This document shows, piece by piece, positions 1-8,798 of a DNA stretch of 64,000 nt. Positions within the stretch are counted from its first letter, which is position 1. Every line of letters starts with the position of its first letter. The DNA is from a bacterium (GTDB lineage Bacteria; Hinthialibacterota; Hinthialibacteria; Hinthialibacterales; Hinthialibacteraceae). The notes beneath the pieces were generated by a model that was not told where the DNA came from, made no database searches, and saw only the letters and a program-made list of their open reading frames with translations. A program made the translations under genes and the position numbers. The stretch is taken from NCBI GenBank assembly GCA_963662285.2, contig CAXXMV010000008.1:288001-352000 (forward strand), given 5' to 3'.

Positions 1-132
1 TATTATTTATAAACCAATTGGAATTATATTTAAAATGGATTACATGCCTTCTATTGTCTTTTAGGCGTAAGTGCTATACTGAACATCATCCATTAATCTT
101 TGTGATGGCTGATAAGACTCGAAAAGAGAGGT

Positions 133-432
133 GTGTATTCTGTGGAAGATCAACCAAAACGACTTGTTGATTTCATCTGTCCTTTTGCGGGAAACGATAC
201 AAAGTGTTCAGAATATTTGACGCCAATACGTCCTGCGCCCGGCAATCGAGAAAAGAAACTGTTAGTTATGATGAATTTACCTCTGACAACAACCAAAAAC
301 GGTTGTCCGCGTTGCAATGTATTTATCAATGCCTGGCGGGAGCATATTGGCGCTTTCGGTCATATAAAATATTTCATGACCTGGATTTTCGATAAGAAAA
401 TTAGAAAACCAAATCCTCAGGAGCTATTGTAA
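133..432 (+). CDS. Small hypothetical protein with four Cys, including CPRC
   Basis: GTG start after purine-rich GAAAAGAGAG; ends 11 nt before mutS2. Confidence 0.5.
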   Translation: MYSVEDQPKRLVDFICPFAGNDTKCSEYLTPIRPAPGNREKKLLVMMNLPLTTTKNGCPRCNVFINAWREHIGAFGHIKYFMTWIFDKKIRKPNPQELL

Positions 433-443
433 TAGATTAGTGT

Positions 444-2885
444 ATGGATCAACACGCTCTTAATGTTCTAGATTTTTCTAAAATCAAAGATATCCTCAAT
501 GGTTTTGCCTCTTCGGCGCTTGGTCAGGAGACGATTGCCGAACTATATCCCTTCACAAACGCTTATACCATCCGCGATAGCCTTTCTGAAGTTACGGAAA
601 TGGTTAAGCTCTATCAGTCTCATCAGGCGCCTTCATTCGATGGGATATACGACGTCCGGCAACCATTGCGCAAAAGTTCGCTGAGTGGAGCAATGCTCGA
701 TCCAGCGGAAATACTGCTGATCGGCGAAACCGTTACCGCAGCGCGGCGCATCCGCTCCGCCGCCAAAAGAAGCAATATCGATACTCCCCGCATCAATCGC
801 TACATCGACCGCCTCTCTATTCATCAGGAAATTGAAGACGCCCTATCGCGCGTCTTTGACGATCAAAAGAATATTCGAGACACCGCGTCGCGCGATTTAT
901 CCAAAATCCGTAAATCACTACGCAATCAACGTACTATCATCGTCAGGCGTTTGGAAAAATTGATCCGGGGCGATTGGCGCGATTCCCTTCAAGAAAACTA
1001 TCATACTCTGCGCGAAGGCCGTTATGTGCTTCCGGTTGATGCGCGGTATCAAAACAAAGTTCCCGGCATTATCCATGACCGGTCATCAACCGGTACGACG
1101 GTATTCATGGAGCCGTTGGAACTGGTCAACGACAGCAACCACCTCAAGAGTCTGGTGCGCGAAGAAGAGATGGAAATACGCCGCATCCTCTGCCAGTTAA
1201 CGGAATTGATTGCGGCCAGTGAATTAGATTTAAGCCAGAATCTGACTCTGTTTGCTCATCTTGATTTTGTGGCCGCCAAAGCCCGGTTCAGCATCCGTTA
1301 TGAAATGAATGAACCGAAAATCAAAGATGAGCGCGTTCTATCCCTGGTTAATGCCAGACATCCTCTTCTACTCATTAAGCATGGGCGGGATAATGTCGTC
1401 CCCTTGAATTTAACTCTTGAATCAGAGGCAAGCGGCCTGATAATAACCGGACCCAACACTGGAGGCAAGACGGTCATCCTCAAGACAGTCGGTGTTCTGG
1501 CCTTAATGGCTCAATCCGGGCTTCATATCCCGGCGGACGCCAATACCGAACTGCCGGTATTCGAATCAATGGGAGCGGATATCGGTGACGAACAGAGCCT
1601 CGAACAGAGCCTCTCCACATTTTCATCACACATCCAGACCATTCGCAATCTACTGGATCGCGCCAATTCAAAATCTTTGGTTTTGCTGGACGAACTGGGA
1701 TCGGGAACCGACCCGGCCGAAGGCGGCGCCTTATCCTGCGCCATTCTGGAACACCTGCAAAAGAAAAACGCCTTGTATCTGGCCACAACCCATTTGCAGG
1801 AACTGAAAGTCTTCGCCTATAAAACCGACGGAGTGGAAAATGGTTCGATGGAGTTCAACCTCCAGTCGCTGCAACCGACCTATAAGTTTAATATAGGTTT
1901 GCCCGGTAAAAGCAACGCCATAAGCATCGCCGGGCGGCTGGGATTGCCCCAAGAAGTGATTGAACGCGCCAATTCAACCATTGCCAGCGAAGGCGAATCA
2001 CCAGAAGAGTTGCTTACCCGCCTGGGCGATGAACTACGCAGCGCCAGTTCGCTGCGGGCTGAAGCGGAAAGAGAACGCTCCAAAGCCTATAACCTTAAGA
2101 ACGATTCTGAGCAACGCTTGAATAAAGCCAGGCGGGAAGCTCATGAGGTTATAAAACGCGCTGAAAATAAATCGCAAAACCTGATCAAAGAGTTAGAGCG
2201 CCGCATCACTCAACTGGCGCACCAGGAAGCGGATTACAAACGCGAGTGGGCGGAAAAACTGGCTTTAGTGGCCGAAACGAGCCGCGCCGCGCTGCCAAAA
2301 TCGATCACTAAAGAAGCCGAAAAGATTCTGCAAAAAACCAAAGACGCCTTCAAACAAAACCAAGTCAAACCTATAGCTAAAATCGAGAATAAGTTCAAGC
2401 AGCAACGCAATTGGAAATGGAATCAACTGAAACCCGGAGTACTGGTTCAAATCGAAGGCATGTCAGAGCCGGGCAAGATCATCAGCGTCCAACCCGATAG
2501 AAAGCAAGTCGAGATCAGCGTCAGTTCAATGACTCTTCGCATGAAGGGTGAACTAATCGTCGCTGTGCTGCAAGAGAAACCCAATCCTGCAGAAAAACTG
2601 TTCTCCCAGGTTAAAGTAGACCGCCCCGATACAATTGAACACAAAGTAGATATTCATGGCATGACAGTTGAAGAGATGACTCCCATTATCGAAAAATACA
2701 TCGACCAGGCATTCCTGGCCGGAGTACGCAGCGTCACCATAGTCCACGGCCACGGCATGGGAATCCTGCGCCGCACCGTACGCACCATGTTACGCGACAA
2801 CCCCGTAGTACGTCACATCAACCCAGGCATGGACTTCGAAGGCGGAACCGGAGTGACGGTAGTACAACTCAAATCCTCGCGGTAG
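444..2885 (+). CDS. mutS2: Endonuclease MutS2 with C-terminal Smr domain
   Basis: N-terminal LDFSKIKD, Walker A GPNTGGKT, DIGDEQSLEQSLSTFSSH, LLDELGSGTDP, coiled coil, Smr motifs DIHG...IVHGHGMGILR...GGTGVT. Confidence 0.95.
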   Translation: MDQHALNVLDFSKIKDILNGFASSALGQETIAELYPFTNAYTIRDSLSEVTEMVKLYQSHQAPSFDGIYDVRQPLRKSSLSGAMLDPAEILLIGETVTAARRIRSAAKRSNIDTPRINRYIDRLSIHQEIEDALSRVFDDQKNIRDTASRDLSKIRKSLRNQRTIIVRRLEKLIRGDWRDSLQENYHTLREGRYVLPVDARYQNKVPGIIHDRSSTGTTVFMEPLELVNDSNHLKSLVREEEMEIRRILCQLTELIAASELDLSQNLTLFAHLDFVAAKARFSIRYEMNEPKIKDERVLSLVNARHPLLLIKHGRDNVVPLNLTLESEASGLIITGPNTGGKTVILKTVGVLALMAQSGLHIPADANTELPVFESMGADIGDEQSLEQSLSTFSSHIQTIRNLLDRANSKSLVLLDELGSGTDPAEGGALSCAILEHLQKKNALYLATTHLQELKVFAYKTDGVENGSMEFNLQSLQPTYKFNIGLPGKSNAISIAGRLGLPQEVIERANSTIASEGESPEELLTRLGDELRSASSLRAEAERERSKAYNLKNDSEQRLNKARREAHEVIKRAENKSQNLIKELERRITQLAHQEADYKREWAEKLALVAETSRAALPKSITKEAEKILQKTKDAFKQNQVKPIAKIENKFKQQRNWKWNQLKPGVLVQIEGMSEPGKIISVQPDRKQVEISVSSMTLRMKGELIVAVLQEKPNPAEKLFSQVKVDRPDTIEHKVDIHGMTVEEMTPIIEKYIDQAFLAGVRSVTIVHGHGMGILRRTVRTMLRDNPVVRHINPGMDFEGGTGVTVVQLKSSR

Positions 2886-2911
2886 TTTATAACCCTATTA
2901 CAATAAATTAC

Positions 2912-2940
2912 TTTACAGTTGCATTATTAAATGTGATAAT
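2912..2940 (+). promoter_or_regulatory. Putative sigma-70 promoter for the ATPase cassette
   Basis: TTTACA-N17-GATAAT with TG extension, 32 nt before the ATG at 2973; AAGGA RBS. Confidence 0.4.
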
Positions 2941-2972
2941 GTTGATAATTAACTATATTTTAAGGAATTATC

Positions 2973-4313
2973 ATGGTTTCACTTTCCAATATTAATGATT
3001 TAAAGGACATTTTAAGTCGATTAAGCGCAGAAAAACCTGCGGGACTAGGTAATTATGATAATGAGACCAAGTACCAGATAAGAGGAACAGATTTAGCCAG
3101 AAGGCTAAAATTAGAAATAGATAGTAATGAGGCAAATGCAAGAGTTCTTATTACAGGTCAAATTGGAGTAGGTAAATCATCGGAACTTAGGAACTTTTAT
3201 AGACAAAGAATTATAGAGAATTCTCGTGCAGGTTATTTGATATATTGTGATTTAGAAAAAGAAGAACATCCTGAACGATGCGGAGCGACGGGTGTATTAT
3301 TATCGATTTTTCGTGATTGCTGGGGTGCAACCAGAAAAAAACGAAATCACTTACAAAATTCTCCAAGTCATTATCAGGAAAAATTAATCAAGTTAAGGGA
3401 AGAAATATTACTGAGATTAATTGAATGGTTGAAAGGATCATTAATTGAAGATGATAATAAAGTAATGTTTAAATTTGGAGGAATGGATTTCCCCATTTTC
3501 CTGAATGATAAAGACAAAGCGCTATCACTATTACTTGGTAAAGCTGCTCAACACGAAGCAGTATCCACTCCATCAGAAAGGTTTGGATTAGTCCCTGACA
3601 GTTTGATTAATTTATTAAATAAACTATTGAACTGGTTTAAGGATATTCATAACGGCAAAAGCCCGTTATTAATTATTGACCATGTTGATAAAATTCGAGA
3701 TGAGCATTCCGCTAAAGAAGTTTTAATAGAAATAATTCCCCATTGGCAAAGCATTGCAGCGTCAGTAATCATGACCGCCCCGTATGAATACACCCTGGGT
3801 GATTTACGCTATTCTGTGGAATCATACTGGGGCAAGCCAATCATGATTTATCCTCTAGATATCCCGGAAATTGATTGTAATAACATTCCGGTAATTTATA
3901 ATGAAATCGTTAATAGTTGTAGATTAAATACACTTATCACTCAAGATAGTTTAAGAATCCTGGCGCATTATTGTGGAGGAATCCCCCGCTCATTTGTACA
4001 ATTCTTGATTGAGGCGTCTAAAGAAGCGCATCTGGCCGGTCATAAAAGAATTGAAGAATCAGATGCCCAGGCAATTATCTTTAATGCGGAAAGAGCCTAT
4101 CAGGATTATGGCCCTGCTGAAATGGATTTACTTTACCAGATTGCCGAAAATAAAATCGGCTTAAATGCTGCGGCCACGCTGCTGAGATCACCGATAGGCC
4201 TTTTAGTTCTAAAATCAAAAGAAGGTGAACAACCATTACGGGTACACCCTTTAGCACAAAAAGTTTTGGAAAGATATAGATACGCAAAAAGTCAAGAAAA
4301 GATGATTGTGTAA
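2973..4313 (+). CDS. P-loop AAA+/STAND-like ATPase
   Basis: Walker A GQIGVGKS, Walker B LLIIDHVDK, GGIPR motif, C-terminal RVHPL segment; AT-rich DNA. Confidence 0.85.
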   Translation: MVSLSNINDLKDILSRLSAEKPAGLGNYDNETKYQIRGTDLARRLKLEIDSNEANARVLITGQIGVGKSSELRNFYRQRIIENSRAGYLIYCDLEKEEHPERCGATGVLLSIFRDCWGATRKKRNHLQNSPSHYQEKLIKLREEILLRLIEWLKGSLIEDDNKVMFKFGGMDFPIFLNDKDKALSLLLGKAAQHEAVSTPSERFGLVPDSLINLLNKLLNWFKDIHNGKSPLLIIDHVDKIRDEHSAKEVLIEIIPHWQSIAASVIMTAPYEYTLGDLRYSVESYWGKPIMIYPLDIPEIDCNNIPVIYNEIVNSCRLNTLITQDSLRILAHYCGGIPRSFVQFLIEASKEAHLAGHKRIEESDAQAIIFNAERAYQDYGPAEMDLLYQIAENKIGLNAAATLLRSPIGLLVLKSKEGEQPLRVHPLAQKVLERYRYAKSQEKMIV

Positions 4314-4317
4314 TATT

Positions 4318-4926
4318 ATGTCCACAGCTGAACAACTGGCTAACTCAATATTGCTTGATAATGCAGGCGTTCATATCCTTTTATGGGATGATCAAGATGA
4401 TTTAGTACGGGCATTAGTATTAGTTATCGCCGTAGTTGGCAAAGAGAGAATCCTACCGTTATTATTATCTTCAGAAACTGAATCTTCATTGGTTTTAAGA
4501 AAATTATTCGATATAAAAATCACTGAAGAAATATCATTAACAGAAGATGAAGAAATTCTTCAGCCCAAACGGGACAAATTACTATTATTATTTATTCAGC
4601 AAGCAACAAGCCAAACCATCGGACCAATGCTTAATGGATGGAGAAGAGATTTATCTCAGGAACCAGGTTCTTTGATTATTGTAAGAAAAGCCGATTTCAT
4701 CAATTTCCAAAGATATGCACCGGATCTGGCTTCTTTCTATGGCCCTAAAATATATGATTCGTCATCTTTGCTTTATATGTGGGGTGAAACAACAGCTAAA
4801 AATGTTAAACCGTATCTTCCAAATAGAATGTTTGATTTTATAAATGAACTTCCCGGTGAAGCGCCTTCTGAAAACGAGTTGAAGGAGTGGATTAAATTGC
4901 ATACGCCGATTCATGAGGAATTTTGA
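4318..4926 (+). CDS. Hypothetical protein, possibly a degenerate P-loop partner of the ATPase
   Basis: ATG 4 nt after the ATPase stop; LNGWRRDL...APDLASF motif; no Walker A. Confidence 0.7.
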   Translation: MSTAEQLANSILLDNAGVHILLWDDQDDLVRALVLVIAVVGKERILPLLLSSETESSLVLRKLFDIKITEEISLTEDEEILQPKRDKLLLLFIQQATSQTIGPMLNGWRRDLSQEPGSLIIVRKADFINFQRYAPDLASFYGPKIYDSSSLLYMWGETTAKNVKPYLPNRMFDFINELPGEAPSENELKEWIKLHTPIHEEF

Positions 4927-4928
4927 AT

Positions 4929-5600
4929 ATGACAGACACGAAATTAAGCGCCATTCATCGGGTCTTCTCACAATGTTTCCATGATACTGGTATTTTTAAA
5001 AGAGATAATAACCAGAATGATTTTTTTGAAATAACAAATATAAAAAAAGATAACAAACAATGGCTTGTAATAGCAGCAGGAATATCACCTCAGGATGCCA
5101 GCAATTTTTTTGCAGGGAGTAAAACTAGAGAGGAAAATGCTCTCTACCCAATAACCATAAGGAAATCATGTAAATTATCTCTTCTTTTTGTAGTACGGCC
5201 TGCTGATAATCAAAACAGCCCTCATTCCCCTTCATTAATGACACTACCTTTTTCCAAACGAAATAGTATCCCTGAAATTGAAGTACGCAAAGCATATATT
5301 CGTATCAATGATCTACCTGATAATGACAAGAATTTATCAAATATTCGTTGGGAATGCGAAATCCGAGAATCTCTTGAAGAACCGATGGAGAGTTGGTTAA
5401 GAGAATGGAAAAATGATTTGGGGTATAATCCAGCCCACCCGCCTTCACATCTTCACTTGAATTCAGATTATACAAACCAGGATCAAAGTAGTAATACCAG
5501 AAAAGGAGATTTAACTGATAATCTCCGTTTAGCGATAGGCGAACCTAATCCGCTTGCCCTGATCCTATCTCTCGCTTCCTGGATAAGAACAATACATTAA
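4929..5600 (+). CDS. Hypothetical protein with HPPSHLH motif (DUF2290-like)
   Basis: ATG 2 nt after the upstream stop, GAGGA RBS; YNPAHPPSHLHLN...LRLAIGEPNPLALI. Confidence 0.7.
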   Translation: MTDTKLSAIHRVFSQCFHDTGIFKRDNNQNDFFEITNIKKDNKQWLVIAAGISPQDASNFFAGSKTREENALYPITIRKSCKLSLLFVVRPADNQNSPHSPSLMTLPFSKRNSIPEIEVRKAYIRINDLPDNDKNLSNIRWECEIRESLEEPMESWLREWKNDLGYNPAHPPSHLHLNSDYTNQDQSSNTRKGDLTDNLRLAIGEPNPLALILSLASWIRTIH

Positions 5601-5605
5601 CCAAC

Positions 5606-6241
5606 TCAAACCACAAAAAAGTTATCATGTCCGGGAACCACTATATCGGCTATTTTGGCGATTTTATCGATGGAGCGGCGCGCTTCACGGGGGTTATCCG
5701 CTTTTTCCGATGGTTCACGGTTGTCGAAATGATCGAAGGTCAGCACGGCGTCTCCCGCAACCAGCACCATCCCTTCCCTGGTTTCAAACATCAACGATGC
5801 GGAGCCGCGGGTATGCCCTGGAGTTGAGACGAACTCAACGCCGGGTAGATGATGATCCTCAATGGGAATGATGCGGGCCAGCAGATCGCGTTCCTCTTCA
5901 GGGGTTTGTTTATTATTTAATCTGAAGCGAATTTCTGCGCGGGACATTAACCAGACTGATTTGGGAAACAACAAATGACTCTGCCAATGATGAAGATGAA
6001 AATGGGTGAAAAAGATAGTATCAATATCTTCCGGTCTGAGTCCGCTTCTTTGAAAGAGGATTGTGCGAAACTCTTCGTGGCTGGTTAAGCCGGGATCAAC
6101 CAGTATCCGGCGGTTATCTGTTTCGATGAGAGTAGTAGTGCATACCTGACCCCGGTATACCTGATCTTCTCCCCAATAAATATTTCTATTGAGGTATCCG
6201 ATATGTATTACTCTCCAAGTTGGATTCTTCATAAAACGCAT
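5606..6241 (-). CDS. MBL-fold metallo-hydrolase
   Basis: ILVDPG, THFHLHH, TPGHT, VAGDA, VPGHD. Confidence 0.85.
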   Translation of the reverse strand: MRFMKNPTWRVIHIGYLNRNIYWGEDQVYRGQVCTTTLIETDNRRILVDPGLTSHEEFRTILFQRSGLRPEDIDTIFFTHFHLHHWQSHLLFPKSVWLMSRAEIRFRLNNKQTPEEERDLLARIIPIEDHHLPGVEFVSTPGHTRGSASLMFETREGMVLVAGDAVLTFDHFDNREPSEKADNPREARRSIDKIAKIADIVVPGHDNFFVV

Positions 6242-6378
6242 CCATTCGATAACTACTTTGAAATATTGAAAATAATTCTAGCCCTTTTCGATGTAAGTTC
6301 AGAGAGTTAAGAGGTATTGATATCAATATATAAACAAAAAAAATCATAATAATTAAAAACAAAAATTCAGAAAAAAAT

Positions 6379-6405
6379 TAAAGTTATAGTTCTATTGGTC
6401 GATAA
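6379..6405 (+). promoter_or_regulatory. Sigma-28 (FliA) promoter
   Basis: TAAAGTT...GTCGATAA, i.e. TAAA-N15-GTCGATAA; one mismatch to TAAA-N15-GCCGATAA. Confidence 0.75.
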
Positions 6406-6441
6406 GTGATAGTGTAGGATTCTATTTAATCAGGAAAGATC

Positions 6442-6627
6442 ATGGAAACCGGGGCTCTATCTCAAGCATTAAATTCTCAAGCGTTAATGGGAATGCTGGT
6501 AGTGAAGGTCTTGGATCAAACCCAGGAGATGATAAAGCAGCAGGCCGCCCTATTATCTCAGCAGGCGATGCAGGTTCCTGTAGTTACCCCGGATGGAGTC
6601 GGAGAGAACCTGGATGTAGTCGCTTAA
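6442..6627 (+). CDS. YjfB-like small putative motility protein
   Basis: 61 aa, KVLDQTQ...QAALL and C-terminal GVGENLDVVA; AGGA RBS; downstream of the sigma-28 site. Confidence 0.7.
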   Translation: METGALSQALNSQALMGMLVVKVLDQTQEMIKQQAALLSQQAMQVPVVTPDGVGENLDVVA

Positions 6628-6646
6628 GATTAAGTCCCCCCCCCTA

Positions 6647-7282
6647 TTAACGTGAAAAAAGCCGGTCAGATGCAGCGTTTTGCACTGCGCTCCACACATC
6701 ATCTAATTCCGTTTGAGCAGAAATTTTGATTACCCGATCAGGCTCCTGCCTGGCAATTTCCAGGAATCCATCTCTTACTTTTTGCATGAATTCAACTGCT
6801 TCAGATTCAAAACGATCCTTAAAGTCCTCTTTTTCCTTAACTTTACTCGCTCGGGAAAGTCCTGTTATCACATCAATATCCAACAGAATAGTTAAATCGG
6901 GGATGCGGTTTTGGCAGGCGAAGCGGTTAATACTGGAAATTAATTGAGCATCAACTCCCCGGCCATATCCCTGGTATGCGGTGGATGAATCGCAGTGTCT
7001 ATCGAGTATAACTGATTTATCCTGAGCCAGTTGCGGCAGGATCACTTCTTCCATCAGTTGGGCGCGGGCTGCTTCGATGAGCAGCAATTCAGCTTGAACC
7101 GTGAGGGGGCGTTCGGCGTTGAGAATAATTTCCCTTAATTTTTCTCCGATTACGGTTCCACCGGGTTCTCTGGTGCGGAACGTCTGAAGTCCTTTTTTTT
7201 GCAGCCACTCATCCAAACGCTCCGCAATGCTGCTTTTCCCCGCGCCTTCAATTCCCTCTATAGTGATAAAAAAACCCGGCAT
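6647..7282 (-). CDS. tmk: Thymidylate kinase
   Basis: FITIEGIEGAGKS, TREPGGT, DRHCDSSTAYQGYGRG, PDLTILLDI. Confidence 0.95.
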   Translation of the reverse strand: MPGFFITIEGIEGAGKSSIAERLDEWLQKKGLQTFRTREPGGTVIGEKLREIILNAERPLTVQAELLLIEAARAQLMEEVILPQLAQDKSVILDRHCDSSTAYQGYGRGVDAQLISSINRFACQNRIPDLTILLDIDVITGLSRASKVKEKEDFKDRFESEAVEFMQKVRDGFLEIARQEPDRVIKISAQTELDDVWSAVQNAASDRLFSR

Positions 7283-7296
7283 ATATCACGCCTTCC

Positions 7297-8295
7297 TTAC
7301 ATCGCCACTTTTTCCACAGTTGGAACGTTTGCCAAAATCTCATCCAGAATGCGGTCGGTGGTTTGTCCTTCAGCTTCACCTTCGAAGTTAAGGATTATCC
7401 TATGACGGAGCGCAGATTTCAAGATGGACCGGATATCATCGAAACTTACATTGTAGCGGTCATCGAGCAACGCCTTGATTTTTCCGGCCAGAATCAGAGA
7501 TTGAGCGCCGCGCGGACTTGCGCCGTATCTAACATATTGGTTGGTTGCCTCGATAGCATATTCGGCGCCGGGATGGGTGGCGAGGACGCAACGCACCGCA
7601 TAATCGCGTACATGAGTGGCGATGGGTACTTCCCGGCATAGAACGCGCATCTCTTTTACCTCGGAACTATTCATAATCACTTCAGGGCTAGGTTCTTCCC
7701 GGTCAGTCGTCCTTTTAAGAACTTCCGTCAACTCTTCTCTGGTGGGAGATTCAACTATTAATTTGAGCAGAAAACGGTCAACTTGAGCTTCCGGCAGTGG
7801 ATAGGTACCTTCCATTTCCAGTGGATTCTGGGTCGCCAAGACTACAAAAGGCTCTTGTAGAACATAAGTTGTTCCACCAGAAGTAACATGATGCTCCTGC
7901 ATTGCTTCGAGCAGCGCTGACTGCGTTTTGGGCGTAGCGCGGTTGATTTCATCGGCTAAAACGACGTTGGAGAAGATGGGACCCTGTTCAAAACGAAATT
8001 CACGCCGACCGTTATCAGTTTGATCGATGACATTGGTGCCGATAATATCAGCCGGCATCAGGTCGGGAGTGAATTGAATTCGCGAAAAATTCAAATCCAA
8101 GGCTTGTGACATGGTGCGCACTAAGAGAGTTTTCCCTAATCCAGGGACGCCCTCCAGGAGAGCATGACCACCGGCGAACAGGCAAATCAAAGCGCCGTCA
8201 ATAATATCCTGGTTGCCAACAATTACTTTGCCGATCTCTTTACGGAGGTTAGTAAAGCGTTCCCGGAATTGCTGCGTACGTTCTTCAACATTCAT
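7297..8295 (-). CDS. MoxR family AAA+ ATPase
   Basis: LLEGVPGLGKT, RIQFTPDLMPADI, LADEINRATPKTQSALLEAM, ATQNPLEMEGTYPLPEAQVDRF. Confidence 0.95.
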   Translation of the reverse strand: MNVEERTQQFRERFTNLRKEIGKVIVGNQDIIDGALICLFAGGHALLEGVPGLGKTLLVRTMSQALDLNFSRIQFTPDLMPADIIGTNVIDQTDNGRREFRFEQGPIFSNVVLADEINRATPKTQSALLEAMQEHHVTSGGTTYVLQEPFVVLATQNPLEMEGTYPLPEAQVDRFLLKLIVESPTREELTEVLKRTTDREEPSPEVIMNSSEVKEMRVLCREVPIATHVRDYAVRCVLATHPGAEYAIEATNQYVRYGASPRGAQSLILAGKIKALLDDRYNVSFDDIRSILKSALRHRIILNFEGEAEGQTTDRILDEILANVPTVEKVAM

Positions 8296-8586
8296 GGCAG
8301 ACTCCTAGATTAAGATAATTAAGTGGTTTTTAATAATAACGCGCATATTCGCGATAATAAACAAACATATTTTGATAATCACTCTAATATTAATTTTTTA
8401 ACGTTTGATATCATGATAAGTATACAGATTATGCATTATTTTGGAGAGGTTTTAGTAATAACGTTATTATTAGTAATTCAAAAAACATGAAAAATGATCT
8501 TTTTGAAGTCCAAAAGTGATTAGAAACCAACAAAATTATGGTTCATCCAAGAAATGAATACTTTTTATTTAGGCAGAATCAAAAAA

Positions 8587-8748
8587 TGTCTGAATCTGGA
8601 TGCCCAGGATGAAAGGATGCTCATGATGGGCGGCGTTATAATCTGATGTTATTCAAATAAAGCGAATCTGAATTTCTTGAAATAGAAAGTATGCCTATGA
8701 TGAAAAATCCTGGATATCCTGCTAATCCAGGGTATCATGATTCAGACA
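8587..8748. repeat. About 160-bp element with imperfect ~40-bp inverted ends (MITE/REP-like)
   Basis: Left end TGTCTGAATCTGGATGCCCAGGATGAAAGGAT; reverse complement of right end TGTCTGAATCATGATACCCTGGATTAGCAGGAT. Confidence 0.6.
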
Positions 8749-8798
8749 AGAAAATAATTTTAAAGTACTCAAATACGTGTTGTATCCTATTTGAAACA

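Noticed and set aside
2886-5605. att sites or direct repeats bounding the AT-rich cassette
   Set aside because: No convincing flanking repeat or integrase found
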